Program-made: the position numbers and the translations under genes
Source: an uncultured Bifidobacteriaceae bacterium
Lineage (GTDB): Bacteria > Bacteroidota > Bacteroidia > Chitinophagales > UBA10324
Reading direction: 5' to 3'
Assembly (NCBI GenBank): GCA_964640655.1
Contig: CAZXFT010000012.1
Coordinates: 32,191 to 96,190 of the forward strand
DNA length: 64,000 nt
Notes under the pieces: generated by a model
Database searches by the model: none
What the model was told of the DNA's origin: nothing
The model's input: the letters and a program-made list of their open reading frames with translations, nothing else
In this document: one piece after another, positions 29,692 through 39,507 of the stretch
How the letters are laid out: each line of letters starts with the position of its first letter
Position numbering within the stretch: the first letter of the stretch is position 1

Positions 29692-30318
29692 TTAATCAAA
29701 AATCGAAAATTTGCTTTTGCCGCCGGGTTTATCCTTAGGCTTTTTTTCGTGATTAGTGGAATGAGTTACAGCAGTGATATTGGAATTTGTTTTAGTCAAT
29801 AAACTTTGATCTCCACTCATCAGATATTTTTTAAAATCCTCAGTGAGTAAGCGATAAGTAATCAGGTTAGATGCTTTATCCAAATGAAATATTAAACCAT
29901 AACCAGGGTCTTCATCTTCGCACATAAACTCACTTATTGTACCAAAGAATTCTTTAAGTTGTTGTTTATCGAATATAGGCAAGAAAATACGTAGTATCCT
30001 TGGATCGTAATATCTGAAAAACATTACTTCATCTTGTTCTGTAACGATTTCTGAATTGTTTTTTAGAATTTGAATTAGATTCTGTTTATCCTTTGTAAAT
30101 GACACCAATGTATAGGAACCTTTGCCCCATTTTTCATTCAACATCAACTCATCTAACTTTTCTGTGCTACCAAATAAATGTGGCCCTACATCAACAAACT
30201 GACCATCGTAATTGCTTTTAAGAATGCACACAGATGGTCCATATGCTTGAATGAGGTCATCTATTTCTATACTTTCAGATGCAGCATCAATAATGTAATA
30301 GCGTTTGTTTTGCGACAC
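29692..30318 (-). CDS. DUF4123 T6SS effector chaperone/adaptor
   Basis: YIIDAA, VGPHL, WG, FFRYYDPRILRIFLP...QLKEFFG.I. Confidence 0.85.
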   Translation of the reverse strand: MSQNKRYYIIDAASESIEIDDLIQAYGPSVCILKSNYDGQFVDVGPHLFGSTEKLDELMLNEKWGKGSYTLVSFTKDKQNLIQILKNNSEIVTEQDEVMFFRYYDPRILRIFLPIFDKQQLKEFFGTISEFMCEDEDPGYGLIFHLDKASNLITYRLLTEDFKKYLMSGDQSLLTKTNSNITAVTHSTNHEKKPKDKPGGKSKFSIFD

Positions 30319-30319
30319 G

Positions 30320-31111
30320 TTATCTTATTATTTGTAGGTTATTATCTCCGTTCAATATGAAATAAAAAGGCAATTCCCTCCTTATTCCCTGGATCTTATT
30401 GATAAAACAAATAGGTTGATTATAATACTCATCGTGCATATAAATCACACGACCATCTGAGGCATAATCAACAATGAAATTTGCAAGCAGCAAGGGTTGA
30501 AGTACAAAATCAGAATCAGAAATAGTTGTCTGTATCAGATTTAAAGAATCTTCAAATCCTTGTTTAAAATCATCGTAGTATGCAAGGCTCATTTCCTGTT
30601 CTCTCCTGTAAATTATATCAGCGATTGCAGAAGCATCTCTTTTACTTAATAATGAGTGTATGAATTTATATTGGTTCACAACTAACTGAGAAGCATGATC
30701 AATCTCATCTTTAATGTTTTTTGATTTAACCCAATCAAATTCAACAGGCCATTCAGCATTAAATTTTCCTTCCAAAAAAAAACCTGGTATAGGAGTTTCA
30801 ATAGTCGAAATACCCATAGGCATCTGTAAAGGAAATATCGTTTTGAAATTAACAGGTAAATCATCAACAGTTTTCACAAGCACATCCACTTTAAGTTCTG
30901 AATCGGGTAAAAGAACCGATTCATTTTTCATAGGTCTGATAATAACTCTTAAATCATTTTCATCTTTTCTTAGAAAAGGATTTACCGGCACGCTCATATT
31001 ATAAGCTAATCCATCAGTGTTAATGAAAAATGGAAAACCGTTTATCAAAGCAACAAATGAACACTTATTATTAGCTATCGCTATTGCATATTGTAATCTG
31101 TTATCTGCCAT
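30320..31111 (-). CDS. Hypothetical protein, candidate immunity/partner of the 480-aa effector
   Basis: ATG 31111 immediately after the upstream stop; acidic, no signal peptide. Confidence 0.5.
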   Translation of the reverse strand: MADNRLQYAIAIANNKCSFVALINGFPFFINTDGLAYNMSVPVNPFLRKDENDLRVIIRPMKNESVLLPDSELKVDVLVKTVDDLPVNFKTIFPLQMPMGISTIETPIPGFFLEGKFNAEWPVEFDWVKSKNIKDEIDHASQLVVNQYKFIHSLLSKRDASAIADIIYRREQEMSLAYYDDFKQGFEDSLNLIQTTISDSDFVLQPLLLANFIVDYASDGRVIYMHDEYYNQPICFINKIQGIRRELPFYFILNGDNNLQIIR

Positions 31112-31112
31112 A

Positions 31113-32555
31113 TTAAAGTCGTAGTCTTCGTTGTTCAATTAAATCTCTTGCCGCCACCCACGGATATGTATTTTCGTCAGAAGCCCCGGGTGCCGAGCTC
31201 CCACTTTCAATTCGTGTATCTCTTGTTGTTCCTGCACGGCAATAAGCTCCATAATATAAAGTCAATCCATCGAAAGTTGCTCCTAAACCAAGATACAGTC
31301 CACTACTATCTAAATTAGGTCCGCTTCCGGTTATGGTTACAGATGTTCTTGCACCACCCCTTATTCCGCAATTAATTACGAAAAATGAAAAGTCTCTATT
31401 TACCTGTCCGCGTATTTGAAAATCAAAGGATAATACACCACTAACAGATCCGCTTGCTCTTCCAGACGGTTCGGTTGTTTCTTTTGAATAATTAAATGTT
31501 CCGTTGATTGTTCCCGAAATCGTAAATGTAATGGCAACATACCTTTCAATGTGCCGACCAGCTGCTCGTACAATCAGAGCTCCTACATATGGGATGGCTG
31601 CAATAGCAACATTACTTAAAACAATATTCAGCTGTAAGCCAATTAATGGAGTAAATCCTAATGAAAAATTGATATAATAACCACAATCCAGATTAGTAGG
31701 ATTTTCTTGCCACCTGGTATTAATACTGATACTAAAACTTGGTGGTACGGGCTGCCAGCGTACTGTAGCCTGTGAAACAAAATCTGTAATTTCTTTTACT
31801 CCGTTCAGGAAACGATAAAAGTTTCTGATTAATCGTAAAAAATCTGTGATACTACCTCCAAAATTTGATGTTCTTCCATCATCGGTTCTTGAAAATGTAA
31901 CAGTAGTATCATCAAATTCAATCGCGTTTGTATCAGGATTAATTCGAGATGAGAATGTTACAGTACCTGACCATGAATAATCAGGGTATACCTTTACCTG
32001 AATGCGTTTACTGTTTCTGTGAGTATTACACGCTATGTTATAAATTGAAGGTTGAATACCATGATTGAAAAAACCCAATCTGTCAGCGTTCCCACTCCAA
32101 ATAAAACCAGCATCTAAAGAAGTATTATTTTCAGTGGTTACTGTAATATGTCGTCGATTAAAGTCCCATATGTGATTATTGTGTTGAGAACATGGTCCTT
32201 CTGTTCCGGTGAGTCTAAATTGCACGTTAGCCTTAACAACATTTCTTCCGGCAACAAAACTTATTGAATCACCTACAGATTGATTGGAGCGATAAACTCT
32301 ATCGCTGTCATTAGCTTTATTAATTTGTAATATAGAAAAGTTGCAAGGCTCACTAGATGCTGGACCTGTGCCATCAGGACAACCTGTTCCGCGAGAATCG
32401 GAGCGGGTTGCCGGTGAAGTACCTGTTTGATCTGCCCTAACCTCTTCTTCATATATCTCCATAAAGCGAGGATCATTTAATACCGCATCTGCACTTTCAG
32501 GCGTTTGTTGTGTTTCCGCTACATACCTATCTAATGCACGTTCTAATGCACCCAT
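31113..32555 (-). CDS. Putative T6SS effector of unknown activity (beta-rich, hydrophobic hairpin)
   Basis: Lies between PAAR/co-chaperone and DUF4123; no signal peptide; hydrophobic segment PLIGLQLNIVLSNVAIAAIPYVGALIV. Confidence 0.55.
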   Translation of the reverse strand: MGALERALDRYVAETQQTPESADAVLNDPRFMEIYEEEVRADQTGTSPATRSDSRGTGCPDGTGPASSEPCNFSILQINKANDSDRVYRSNQSVGDSISFVAGRNVVKANVQFRLTGTEGPCSQHNNHIWDFNRRHITVTTENNTSLDAGFIWSGNADRLGFFNHGIQPSIYNIACNTHRNSKRIQVKVYPDYSWSGTVTFSSRINPDTNAIEFDDTTVTFSRTDDGRTSNFGGSITDFLRLIRNFYRFLNGVKEITDFVSQATVRWQPVPPSFSISINTRWQENPTNLDCGYYINFSLGFTPLIGLQLNIVLSNVAIAAIPYVGALIVRAAGRHIERYVAITFTISGTINGTFNYSKETTEPSGRASGSVSGVLSFDFQIRGQVNRDFSFFVINCGIRGGARTSVTITGSGPNLDSSGLYLGLGATFDGLTLYYGAYCRAGTTRDTRIESGSSAPGASDENTYPWVAARDLIEQRRLRL

Positions 32556-32556
32556 G

Positions 32557-32907
32557 TTATAAGATAAGATTTTTGCGAATTAAATAATCAGTTAGTTCTT
32601 CAATAATTCTCTCCGGGCTTCTGTCAGGCCAAGTCAAGATTTTCTTGATAGCATCATTATAATCCTTTTCTTGCATCTCTTGATAATTCAACACTAAATA
32701 AACAAATTGCTCTATCTGCTCGTCAGTTTTGAAGCCATATTTTTCAGTTTCCCTTATCTTCTTATGTAACAGTTTAACTTGTTCAGACTCCTCTTTAGGA
32801 AGATATGGCGGCTTAATAGCTCGGTAGTGATTTAATAATTCTTCAATAAACTTTTGCAGTTTTTTGTTTGCATATACATCCAGTTGATAATCATATAGCT
32901 TAATCAT
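32557..32907 (-). CDS. Small helical protein resembling the C-terminal half of DUF4123 chaperones (candidate co-chaperone)
   Basis: Pattern Q..V.......F...L..H......P...I.....YGF......F..L...IL; abuts the PAAR stop. Confidence 0.45.
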   Translation of the reverse strand: MIKLYDYQLDVYANKKLQKFIEELLNHYRAIKPPYLPKEESEQVKLLHKKIRETEKYGFKTDEQIEQFVYLVLNYQEMQEKDYNDAIKKILTWPDRSPERIIEELTDYLIRKNLIL

Positions 32908-33378
32908 CTATTTACAATCTTTACATGTACACGAGTTGTGAACTAATGCATTAGAATATTTAGCTGCAGCTCTAAAACTCATTTTAGTCTTCATACTTGG
33001 TGAAGTTGAGATTATAGCTTTTTCGTATTGTTTTTGTTGTGACGGCGGTGGTTTTACTGCAGCTGCTCCGGCACCTCCTCCCCCAGATTCACCGATAAGT
33101 ACAGTTGGGAATCCTCCCACAATAACACCACCATGTGCGGTCATATCTCCCATACGTGCTGCTGGCAATCCTCCTATTAATACTCCGGTAGAGCCTAAAG
33201 TAATGATGTCCGGAGGTCCAACACAAGTACACATTTTTGTAGCAGTAGCTGCCGGTAACCCTCCAATTAACACTGTTGGACAACCCGGTGGTAAAATTGG
33301 CCCCCCAACATGAGGCTTTGGTCCATCAAACATCGGGCAGGTATGCATATCAGATATTCGTGCTGCAGGTTTTCCCAT
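32908..33378 (-). CDS. PAAR spike-tip protein with C-terminal extension
   Basis: KPAARISDMHTCP...PHVGGPI...VLIGGLPAARMGDMTAHGG; about 60-aa tail ending CTCKDCK. Confidence 0.93.
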   Translation of the reverse strand: MGKPAARISDMHTCPMFDGPKPHVGGPILPPGCPTVLIGGLPAATATKMCTCVGPPDIITLGSTGVLIGGLPAARMGDMTAHGGVIVGGFPTVLIGESGGGGAGAAAVKPPPSQQKQYEKAIISTSPSMKTKMSFRAAAKYSNALVHNSCTCKDCK

Positions 33379-33380
33379 AG

Positions 33381-35246
33381 TTACTTTGTTATGAAGTTAA
33401 AATTAGTGAACGGTATTGACTTGGATTCTAATTTAGTTTGTAAATCAGACATAATATTCTCTTTATCATCTTTGTCAAGGTCTTTATCTGTTAATGTGAG
33501 TACCACATTTATACATCTTACAATACCTTCATTTGGTAAAACGCTATTCATTACACCCTTCTCAACTAATACTTGTTTCACTTTGTTTCCTAATTCGTAT
33601 CTTACAAATGCTCTGATATCTTCAAGTGTTATCACTCTATTTCGTGTTATGAGTGAATAACGATAGGCGTTTAAAGATTCATCAGGATTCAGCTCATTTC
33701 TGCCACCATATGAATTGGTCATCAACGTAATGTTATTACGTTGAATATCATTGCCGCTATACAGATCGAATTTTGAACCAGGTCTGATACTATTTGCTGT
33801 CTCTCCATTAGTTGTCCAATAATCAATGTATAGCATCTCTCCCTCCTGAAATGGGTTAACCATGATATAAGTGGAGTCATTTAATTTACCTGTAGTGTTC
33901 TGAAGTATTCTTTGATCCAACTGTGAAATATCCTGATTCAGATTTCTAATGTTTCCAATAAGAAAGTCCTGACCTAATGCAGCAAATGATCCGCTCTCAT
34001 CTCGTAATAATTCAAGAAGGTAATTAAGAAAATCAACAGCATTACGACTGTCAAATCGTTCAATTCCACTCTTTCTGATGGTGTATGTACCCGGAATTGA
34101 TTGTTCACTCTTCTTGAGAGGAGTTGAATGATATTTATTACCCTCTACATTACTGATTGATTTGGTATTGAAATAAAAACCCGAAGTACCGGAAAGTGGG
34201 ACTATATTAATATTCAATGGTAATCTATATCGAAGTTGTATATTTTGTTTGTTTACAACCGGAAAACAATTTAGAGAAACAAAGGTGTCTTCAAGAATTG
34301 TTTCTGAAAAAACTGGTGCCAGTTTAATTTTAACCCACAATAATTTCTCATTGAGTTGCTTGAGATCCTGAACAGAAAATACGTCTTCAAAATCCTTCGG
34401 GTAATATTTTAAGTCGTCAACAAAATCAATTTTTTGAGCTTGCTTGATGCCGGCTATGTGCAGGAACCTGTTATCGTAAGAGTCAGCAATTTCTGATAAT
34501 ACCGTATTGGCATCATTGTGTTCCAGCAGATCTTCTTCGGAATGGGTTGTGTGATGAGTGCTATACCCCTGCTTCATCAATAACTCTTTATCATTCACGA
34601 ACCACTTAGAAGTAATAAGCGCTTTATATAAGGTGTGTTTAGCAGGTTGATTTCTCCAATCGAAGTAGAACGTAAAATCTTGTAAGGATTGAATGCGATA
34701 GTTCAGCTTTATGCCAAGCCATATTTCACCGCTGGATAGTTTGGAATGTTCATCTGATTTTAAAAAAAACTCACGGGTGTTATTTTCATTAAAGCTAAAA
34801 ATTTGTGTACCCGTAGCAGAAAATTTTATTTCAGCATCAAATATTTTTTGCTGAATCAATGGAACAAAAAATAAGTCCAATGTGGTATCAAGAGGCCCAT
34901 TGACTTTAGAAGCTGTTTTTTTCTGAGTATAGAATTGATGACTTTCATTGATTTCGCATACAGGCTCAACAGGCTTAGCATATAATATGGCATGTGACGG
35001 ACGAGGCCCGGTATAAACATTGGGTGTTAAGAGTGATGCAAGCCTCTCTAAAATACGAACCTGCGATGAGTTAATTTCCTGATTGAGTTTGTATACTTCG
35101 GTTGAGAATGCTTCTATTAATAATTTAACTATCGGGTCAAAAGATTCAATATCAGTATCCGTATAACCCCAATAAGCAGCCGCACTCTTAATAATCCTGC
35201 TCTTGATGTATTCCTTGCTTAATGTATTGGTTTGTTTTGTTGACAT
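33381..35246 (-). CDS. tssF: T6SS-iii baseplate TssF
   Basis: IK.RI...AA..WG....ESFDPIVKLL, NCFPVVN, ERFDSRNA, LLELLRDE..F, WTTNGE.AN, TR.RVIT.EDI. Confidence 0.9.
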   Translation of the reverse strand: MSTKQTNTLSKEYIKSRIIKSAAAYWGYTDTDIESFDPIVKLLIEAFSTEVYKLNQEINSSQVRILERLASLLTPNVYTGPRPSHAILYAKPVEPVCEINESHQFYTQKKTASKVNGPLDTTLDLFFVPLIQQKIFDAEIKFSATGTQIFSFNENNTREFFLKSDEHSKLSSGEIWLGIKLNYRIQSLQDFTFYFDWRNQPAKHTLYKALITSKWFVNDKELLMKQGYSTHHTTHSEEDLLEHNDANTVLSEIADSYDNRFLHIAGIKQAQKIDFVDDLKYYPKDFEDVFSVQDLKQLNEKLLWVKIKLAPVFSETILEDTFVSLNCFPVVNKQNIQLRYRLPLNINIVPLSGTSGFYFNTKSISNVEGNKYHSTPLKKSEQSIPGTYTIRKSGIERFDSRNAVDFLNYLLELLRDESGSFAALGQDFLIGNIRNLNQDISQLDQRILQNTTGKLNDSTYIMVNPFQEGEMLYIDYWTTNGETANSIRPGSKFDLYSGNDIQRNNITLMTNSYGGRNELNPDESLNAYRYSLITRNRVITLEDIRAFVRYELGNKVKQVLVEKGVMNSVLPNEGIVRCINVVLTLTDKDLDKDDKENIMSDLQTKLESKSIPFTNFNFITK

Positions 35247-35248
35247 AA

Positions 35249-35689
35249 TTAATCAAATGAAATCGGGCTGATGTAGAGTACTTGCTTAAAATGAAACGGC
35301 TCGCGTGTTTTAACAATATTAGCTTTTACATAAACCTCAAGTTTCTTTTTGATGTAGTGTAAATCCTTGTGAGAAAATACTAATTCTTCCTGCTCAATTT
35401 TTATTTCTACTTCAACATCGTACAACCTAGTTTCGTATTTGCTAATGCTCGCGCGGGCATTTTTGGAAATTTTATCGAGCCAGATCATCTCATTGGGCAC
35501 ATATTGAAAATCCCAATCCCAAAGTTCTGTACCAAATTCAGGGTCATATCTACATTCATCATACTTAGTAGTGAGCAGAAGGAATAAATTCTGAGCAATA
35601 GATTCATGAAATGAACAGGTTTCTGATTCTCTTTTCTGCATCAGAGCCTTAAAATTAATAGGCATCTTATAATTCTGTCCGGTTAACAT
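35249..35689 (-). CDS. tssE: T6SS TssE (gp25-like)
   Basis: SIAQNL.LLLTT..DECRYDPEFGTELWD.DF, I.KYE.RL, F...LYISPIS. Confidence 0.9.
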   Translation of the reverse strand: MLTGQNYKMPINFKALMQKRESETCSFHESIAQNLFLLLTTKYDECRYDPEFGTELWDWDFQYVPNEMIWLDKISKNARASISKYETRLYDVEVEIKIEQEELVFSHKDLHYIKKKLEVYVKANIVKTREPFHFKQVLYISPISFD

Positions 35690-35693
35690 GACA

Positions 35694-37565
35694 TTAATTA
35701 AGCATAATCATTCCAGCTTTTACAGTTGCCATTGCACCAGCCGTTAAATCAATTTTAGCTCCGGCAGTAGTTTTAGCCTGAATGCCTGCTGTTATTTCAT
35801 AATTAGTTCCGGCAGTGAATTTTGTATCTGCACCACTCTGAACTTCAAAATTTGCACCAGCTGTATTTTTAATATTGGTTCCTGCTTGCAATGAATACTC
35901 CTGGCCTGTAGTAATTTCAAGTTTTTGATTGCAATTAAACTTATGATTATTTGTAGTTGACTCAATTTTATCTTGCGCATCAATTTTCATTTCCTTGCAT
36001 TTGAAAATTAACTTTTCAGAATCCATGGTAATATCTTTATCCGACTTAATTAAAATATTGCCTCCATCTTCTAGTGTCAGAGTAATCTCTGTTTTCTTAT
36101 CCTTATTGTATAGTGATATGGTTTCTTTTCCTCCTTCATCATTAAACAGAATTACATTGCCGCTTTGTGTGTGAATAGCTTTCATGTAATTGTCATTATT
36201 GTGCCATTCCGACTTGTCTTTACCGTTATGCATAGAACCAATCACATATGGCAAATCGGGGTTGCCATTTTCAAAACCCACTAGTACTTCTTCATCTATC
36301 TCAGGTAAAAAATAAATTCCTTTGTTACCTCCGGCATTCGGCATTGAAATCCTCACCCAAGGAGAGTTTGAGGAATTATCATGCCACATCAACCTGACTT
36401 TTATCCTGCCAAGCTTTTCAGGATCGTTATTATCAATAACTACAGCGGGTTGTTCCATTGCAGTTGGGTAATGAATAGTATCATAAATAGCTGCTGGCAC
36501 TTTCATCTCCTTGGGTATACCCTGAATAGCATTTTGATAGTTTCCCAAACCATCAGATGTGTGTGAAATCTTTACTATACGGAAATGTCCGGCATCATTT
36601 GAATTATCTCCAACAACATTATTTAGTGAAACTGTAACAATACTGCCCAATTTTAAATGTGATAATACAGTGTCTGCGTGTAAAGAAAGGAATGATGAGG
36701 CCTGTGTGTTTGCTCTTGACTCAATTTCTTTATCTAACTCCTGTTTTGTTTTAACAAAACGATGAGAGTTTGTGCGTGTTTTATTTACAAAAAGTTGGTT
36801 AGACCTCGTATTGGCATGTGCACTCAGGGGGTCTGCACCTGCAATGGTAGATGGACTGCTCGACATGATTACTTCTTTATTGAAATAATCATAAGAATAA
36901 ACATCATGCTTCATATCATTAAGGTTGAGTGAAAGCAGAATGTTATTACTATCCCTTAAATAGTCTATAGGGACAGGTTCCTCATCAATGGGATCTCCGA
37001 AAATTATTTTGGATCCATTATAATAAAACCATTCTCCGTATTCGGCAGCCAGACGTCTTATATAATCAATATCATGTTCTAAATACTGAGTAGAATATAA
37101 AATCTCATCAGTAAATTTTGGATTGACTGTTCGGGAAATATTTGATGGAATAGCATCTAACACTTTGTTAACAGTATCTTTTAGCCTACCTTGTAAAAAA
37201 GATTGCTGATTATGCCCGTTTCTCAAATAAATCATTGGACAAAAACCACTAAATACAAGGTCGCTCAAAAAGCCACCGGTGTTAGCGAGTTTCACACTGG
37301 TAACGATACCAGTAAAATTATTTTCTATGACCGGCTCGGATGTCCCTTCGGCAGGTCTGTTCTTGAAATTAATCAATACAGAGCGGCCTAAATATTTTTT
37401 TGACTCATTTAAAACAAACGAGGAGCCACTCTCAATGACATCCATTGGGAAATAGATTTCAAATGTGCTCATCTCGTTCACACATTGATTAATATATACT
37501 CGTGAAAAAGGACTAATAGATTTATTGCCCTCTAAAGTAATGGTAACATCAATCTGGCTGGACAT
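35694..37565 (-). CDS. vgrG: T6SS spike VgrG
   Basis: QY.E.D..Y..RLA..YGEWFYY, A.V.DN.DP..LGRI.V, PEI.EEVLVGFE.GNPD.PYV.G, C-terminal 8-residue beta-helix repeats. Confidence 0.95.
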   Translation of the reverse strand: MSSQIDVTITLEGNKSISPFSRVYINQCVNEMSTFEIYFPMDVIESGSSFVLNESKKYLGRSVLINFKNRPAEGTSEPVIENNFTGIVTSVKLANTGGFLSDLVFSGFCPMIYLRNGHNQQSFLQGRLKDTVNKVLDAIPSNISRTVNPKFTDEILYSTQYLEHDIDYIRRLAAEYGEWFYYNGSKIIFGDPIDEEPVPIDYLRDSNNILLSLNLNDMKHDVYSYDYFNKEVIMSSSPSTIAGADPLSAHANTRSNQLFVNKTRTNSHRFVKTKQELDKEIESRANTQASSFLSLHADTVLSHLKLGSIVTVSLNNVVGDNSNDAGHFRIVKISHTSDGLGNYQNAIQGIPKEMKVPAAIYDTIHYPTAMEQPAVVIDNNDPEKLGRIKVRLMWHDNSSNSPWVRISMPNAGGNKGIYFLPEIDEEVLVGFENGNPDLPYVIGSMHNGKDKSEWHNNDNYMKAIHTQSGNVILFNDEGGKETISLYNKDKKTEITLTLEDGGNILIKSDKDITMDSEKLIFKCKEMKIDAQDKIESTTNNHKFNCNQKLEITTGQEYSLQAGTNIKNTAGANFEVQSGADTKFTAGTNYEITAGIQAKTTAGAKIDLTAGAMATVKAGMIMLN

Positions 37566-37577
37566 AATAAAAAGAGT

Positions 37578-37623
37578 AAAAAAACCACAGAAGGTTTGAA
37601 TAAATTCAGCCTGCTGTGGTTTT
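37578..37623 (-). terminator. Intrinsic terminator/attenuator between hcp and vgrG
   Basis: Hairpin AAAACCACAGCAGGCTGAA-TTTA-TTCAAACCTTCTGTGGTTTT followed by a T-run. Confidence 0.75.
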
Positions 37624-37661
37624 CAGTTTAGTTAATGAACTTTCTTAAAAGCTAATCCCGA

Positions 37662-38057
37662 TTAGGATTTGGGCCAGTCGTTAACGTGCTTAGCGTTACC
37701 GATGGTAAGTGTTTGAGCAGAGATGGTAATGTTATATACCATTGAATCGCCGCCAAATTGAGAAAATGCTTCGGAATAGCCGATGATATATGCATTCTCA
37801 AAAGTAATTTCCTTCAATTTAGCATCCTCATCAGTCTTCTTCCAGACAATATTGCCACTAATCATTTTGTGTGGACTGTTGATCATGGTTTCAAGAATTG
37901 AGGTGTCTGAAGTGGATTCAATTGTAATATCTACAGTTCCACCGTAGTTGCCTGATGATGGTCTTCCTTTGAAGTCAACATCACGACGGAAAGCATAGGA
38001 GCAAGACATTACGTCGTAAGGTTTGCCTCCGATTGTTAATAAGCCTTTAAATGACAT
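37662..38057 (-). CDS. tssD: T6SS-iii tube protein TssD/Hcp
   Basis: MSFK..L...G..Y.V..C.Y.F.R.VD.KGRPSS...GG.V.I.IEST, F.NAYII.YSE.F, ISA. Confidence 0.93.
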   Translation of the reverse strand: MSFKGLLTIGGKPYDVMSCSYAFRRDVDFKGRPSSGNYGGTVDITIESTSDTSILETMINSPHKMISGNIVWKKTDEDAKLKEITFENAYIIGYSEAFSQFGGDSMVYNITISAQTLTIGNAKHVNDWPKS

Positions 38058-38104
38058 AGTTTAAAATTGGGTTTTTATTGTTTAAAAAAAATGTTAATAA
38101 TTAA

Positions 38105-39484
38105 TTATTGTTGAGCGTACTCACTTGCCCAGGTAGTTTCAGCATCTTCACCTTTCTGACCATCGAGGCGAACAATGAAACTTTTAGCCGGGAAGTAAGG
38201 AACGATATGAATATCAAGATTGATTTTATCCTTGATGTTTTCATCGCGTTCGAATTTCATGATTTTGAAACTTTCAATGAGTTTGCTGGGACCTTGTATT
38301 GTGTCAAGGAATTTTACGATCTGTGATCTTAGATCCTTTTCAGTTAAAGATGTCCAGTTTTCAAAAGCACGACGGTTTAAAAAATCGATTAGTACTTTGG
38401 TTATATAATCAAATACTCGAACAACGGAGTAAGTTTGTAATCCGAGGTTATCGCCATTGAAAAGTGTCTTGGCAGAGAAAGCCATTACTTTTCCATATTC
38501 GTTAACCATTGGCACTAAACCAATTTTGTCCAAGTTTGAGATGTCGCTTTTTTTCATATTGAATTTAACACCATCAACTTCATTCAGAGAACCATGTTTT
38601 TTACCGGCTGTAACCTGCGACATTAATGTAGTGTACATCTTACCTGCCAACGCCGCTGATCCACCTACCATCACGTCTTCTTCTTCACCTACTTCTTCGT
38701 TTTTGCCACGACCTACCAGATAATTACAAGTCATAATTACGTTAGACTTGTATGCATCAGCACTAGTATGATTTGCTGCTTCAAAAAGATCAACAACTTC
38801 ATCAACAGAATCCAGATTTCTGAAATCGGTGCAAAGCATCACTTTATTGTCGTAAGCAATTTTTCCCCATTTATCTATCACCTTGTTTGAACCCAGATAA
38901 CCCGGTATCACCATCAGCGAGTAGTTGTCTTTTAAGTCCAGACGATCGTAGTTCTGTTTAAGTTCTTCAGCTACTGCATCAATAAAGCGCGGATTGTCTA
39001 AATCCTGAAGTTGCTCCATTTCTGCATTTAAAATGGTAACGTTTTTTAACTTATCAGATTCTGTGTTCTTGTAAAACAAAGCCAAACTTCTGTATGACTC
39101 TTCTAATGATCGAGTATTATCTAGAGTCTTTTTTAAATTCTTTTTCAATGTTTTGGCGGCGGCATCCGCTTTTTGCGAACACTCATCCACCATATCAGAA
39201 ATTGAGTTTGAGTTTGTTAAAAGAGAGTACCAAAGCATAAGCTTCTTTTTTAACTCTTCTCTGTCTTTCTTTTTATCAGCTTCTGTAAGGAATATTTTCT
39301 TTAATGCCTTACGTTCAGGGTTCAGATTTTTAGTGCCTTCTATGGTAGATTCAATAAAATCGAAGCCGCCAACCTTTGCTAATTTGCTAATACCCTGAGA
39401 AAGTACTTCTGCAGGAGATTCTAAACGTTCGAAAGCCTGTTCACGTGCCGGTGCTGCACCGCCTACTTGTTCTAATTCACTCAT
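38105..39484 (-). CDS. tssC: T6SS-iii sheath large subunit TssC (DUF5458)
   Basis: LE.SYR.L..FY.N, YDRLDL..NYSL.VIPGYLGSN, GLQTYSVVRVFDY, PYFPAK.F. Confidence 0.93.
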   Translation of the reverse strand: MSELEQVGGAAPAREQAFERLESPAEVLSQGISKLAKVGGFDFIESTIEGTKNLNPERKALKKIFLTEADKKKDREELKKKLMLWYSLLTNSNSISDMVDECSQKADAAAKTLKKNLKKTLDNTRSLEESYRSLALFYKNTESDKLKNVTILNAEMEQLQDLDNPRFIDAVAEELKQNYDRLDLKDNYSLMVIPGYLGSNKVIDKWGKIAYDNKVMLCTDFRNLDSVDEVVDLFEAANHTSADAYKSNVIMTCNYLVGRGKNEEVGEEEDVMVGGSAALAGKMYTTLMSQVTAGKKHGSLNEVDGVKFNMKKSDISNLDKIGLVPMVNEYGKVMAFSAKTLFNGDNLGLQTYSVVRVFDYITKVLIDFLNRRAFENWTSLTEKDLRSQIVKFLDTIQGPSKLIESFKIMKFERDENIKDKINLDIHIVPYFPAKSFIVRLDGQKGEDAETTWASEYAQQ

Positions 39485-39507
39485 TTTTTATTTTACTTTT
39501 TAGGTGA

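Noticed and set aside
35694..35950. VgrG C-terminal TAG/QAG repeats as an evolved effector domain
   Set aside because: The 8-residue periodicity fits an ordinary gp5-like beta-helix needle; no toxin extension.
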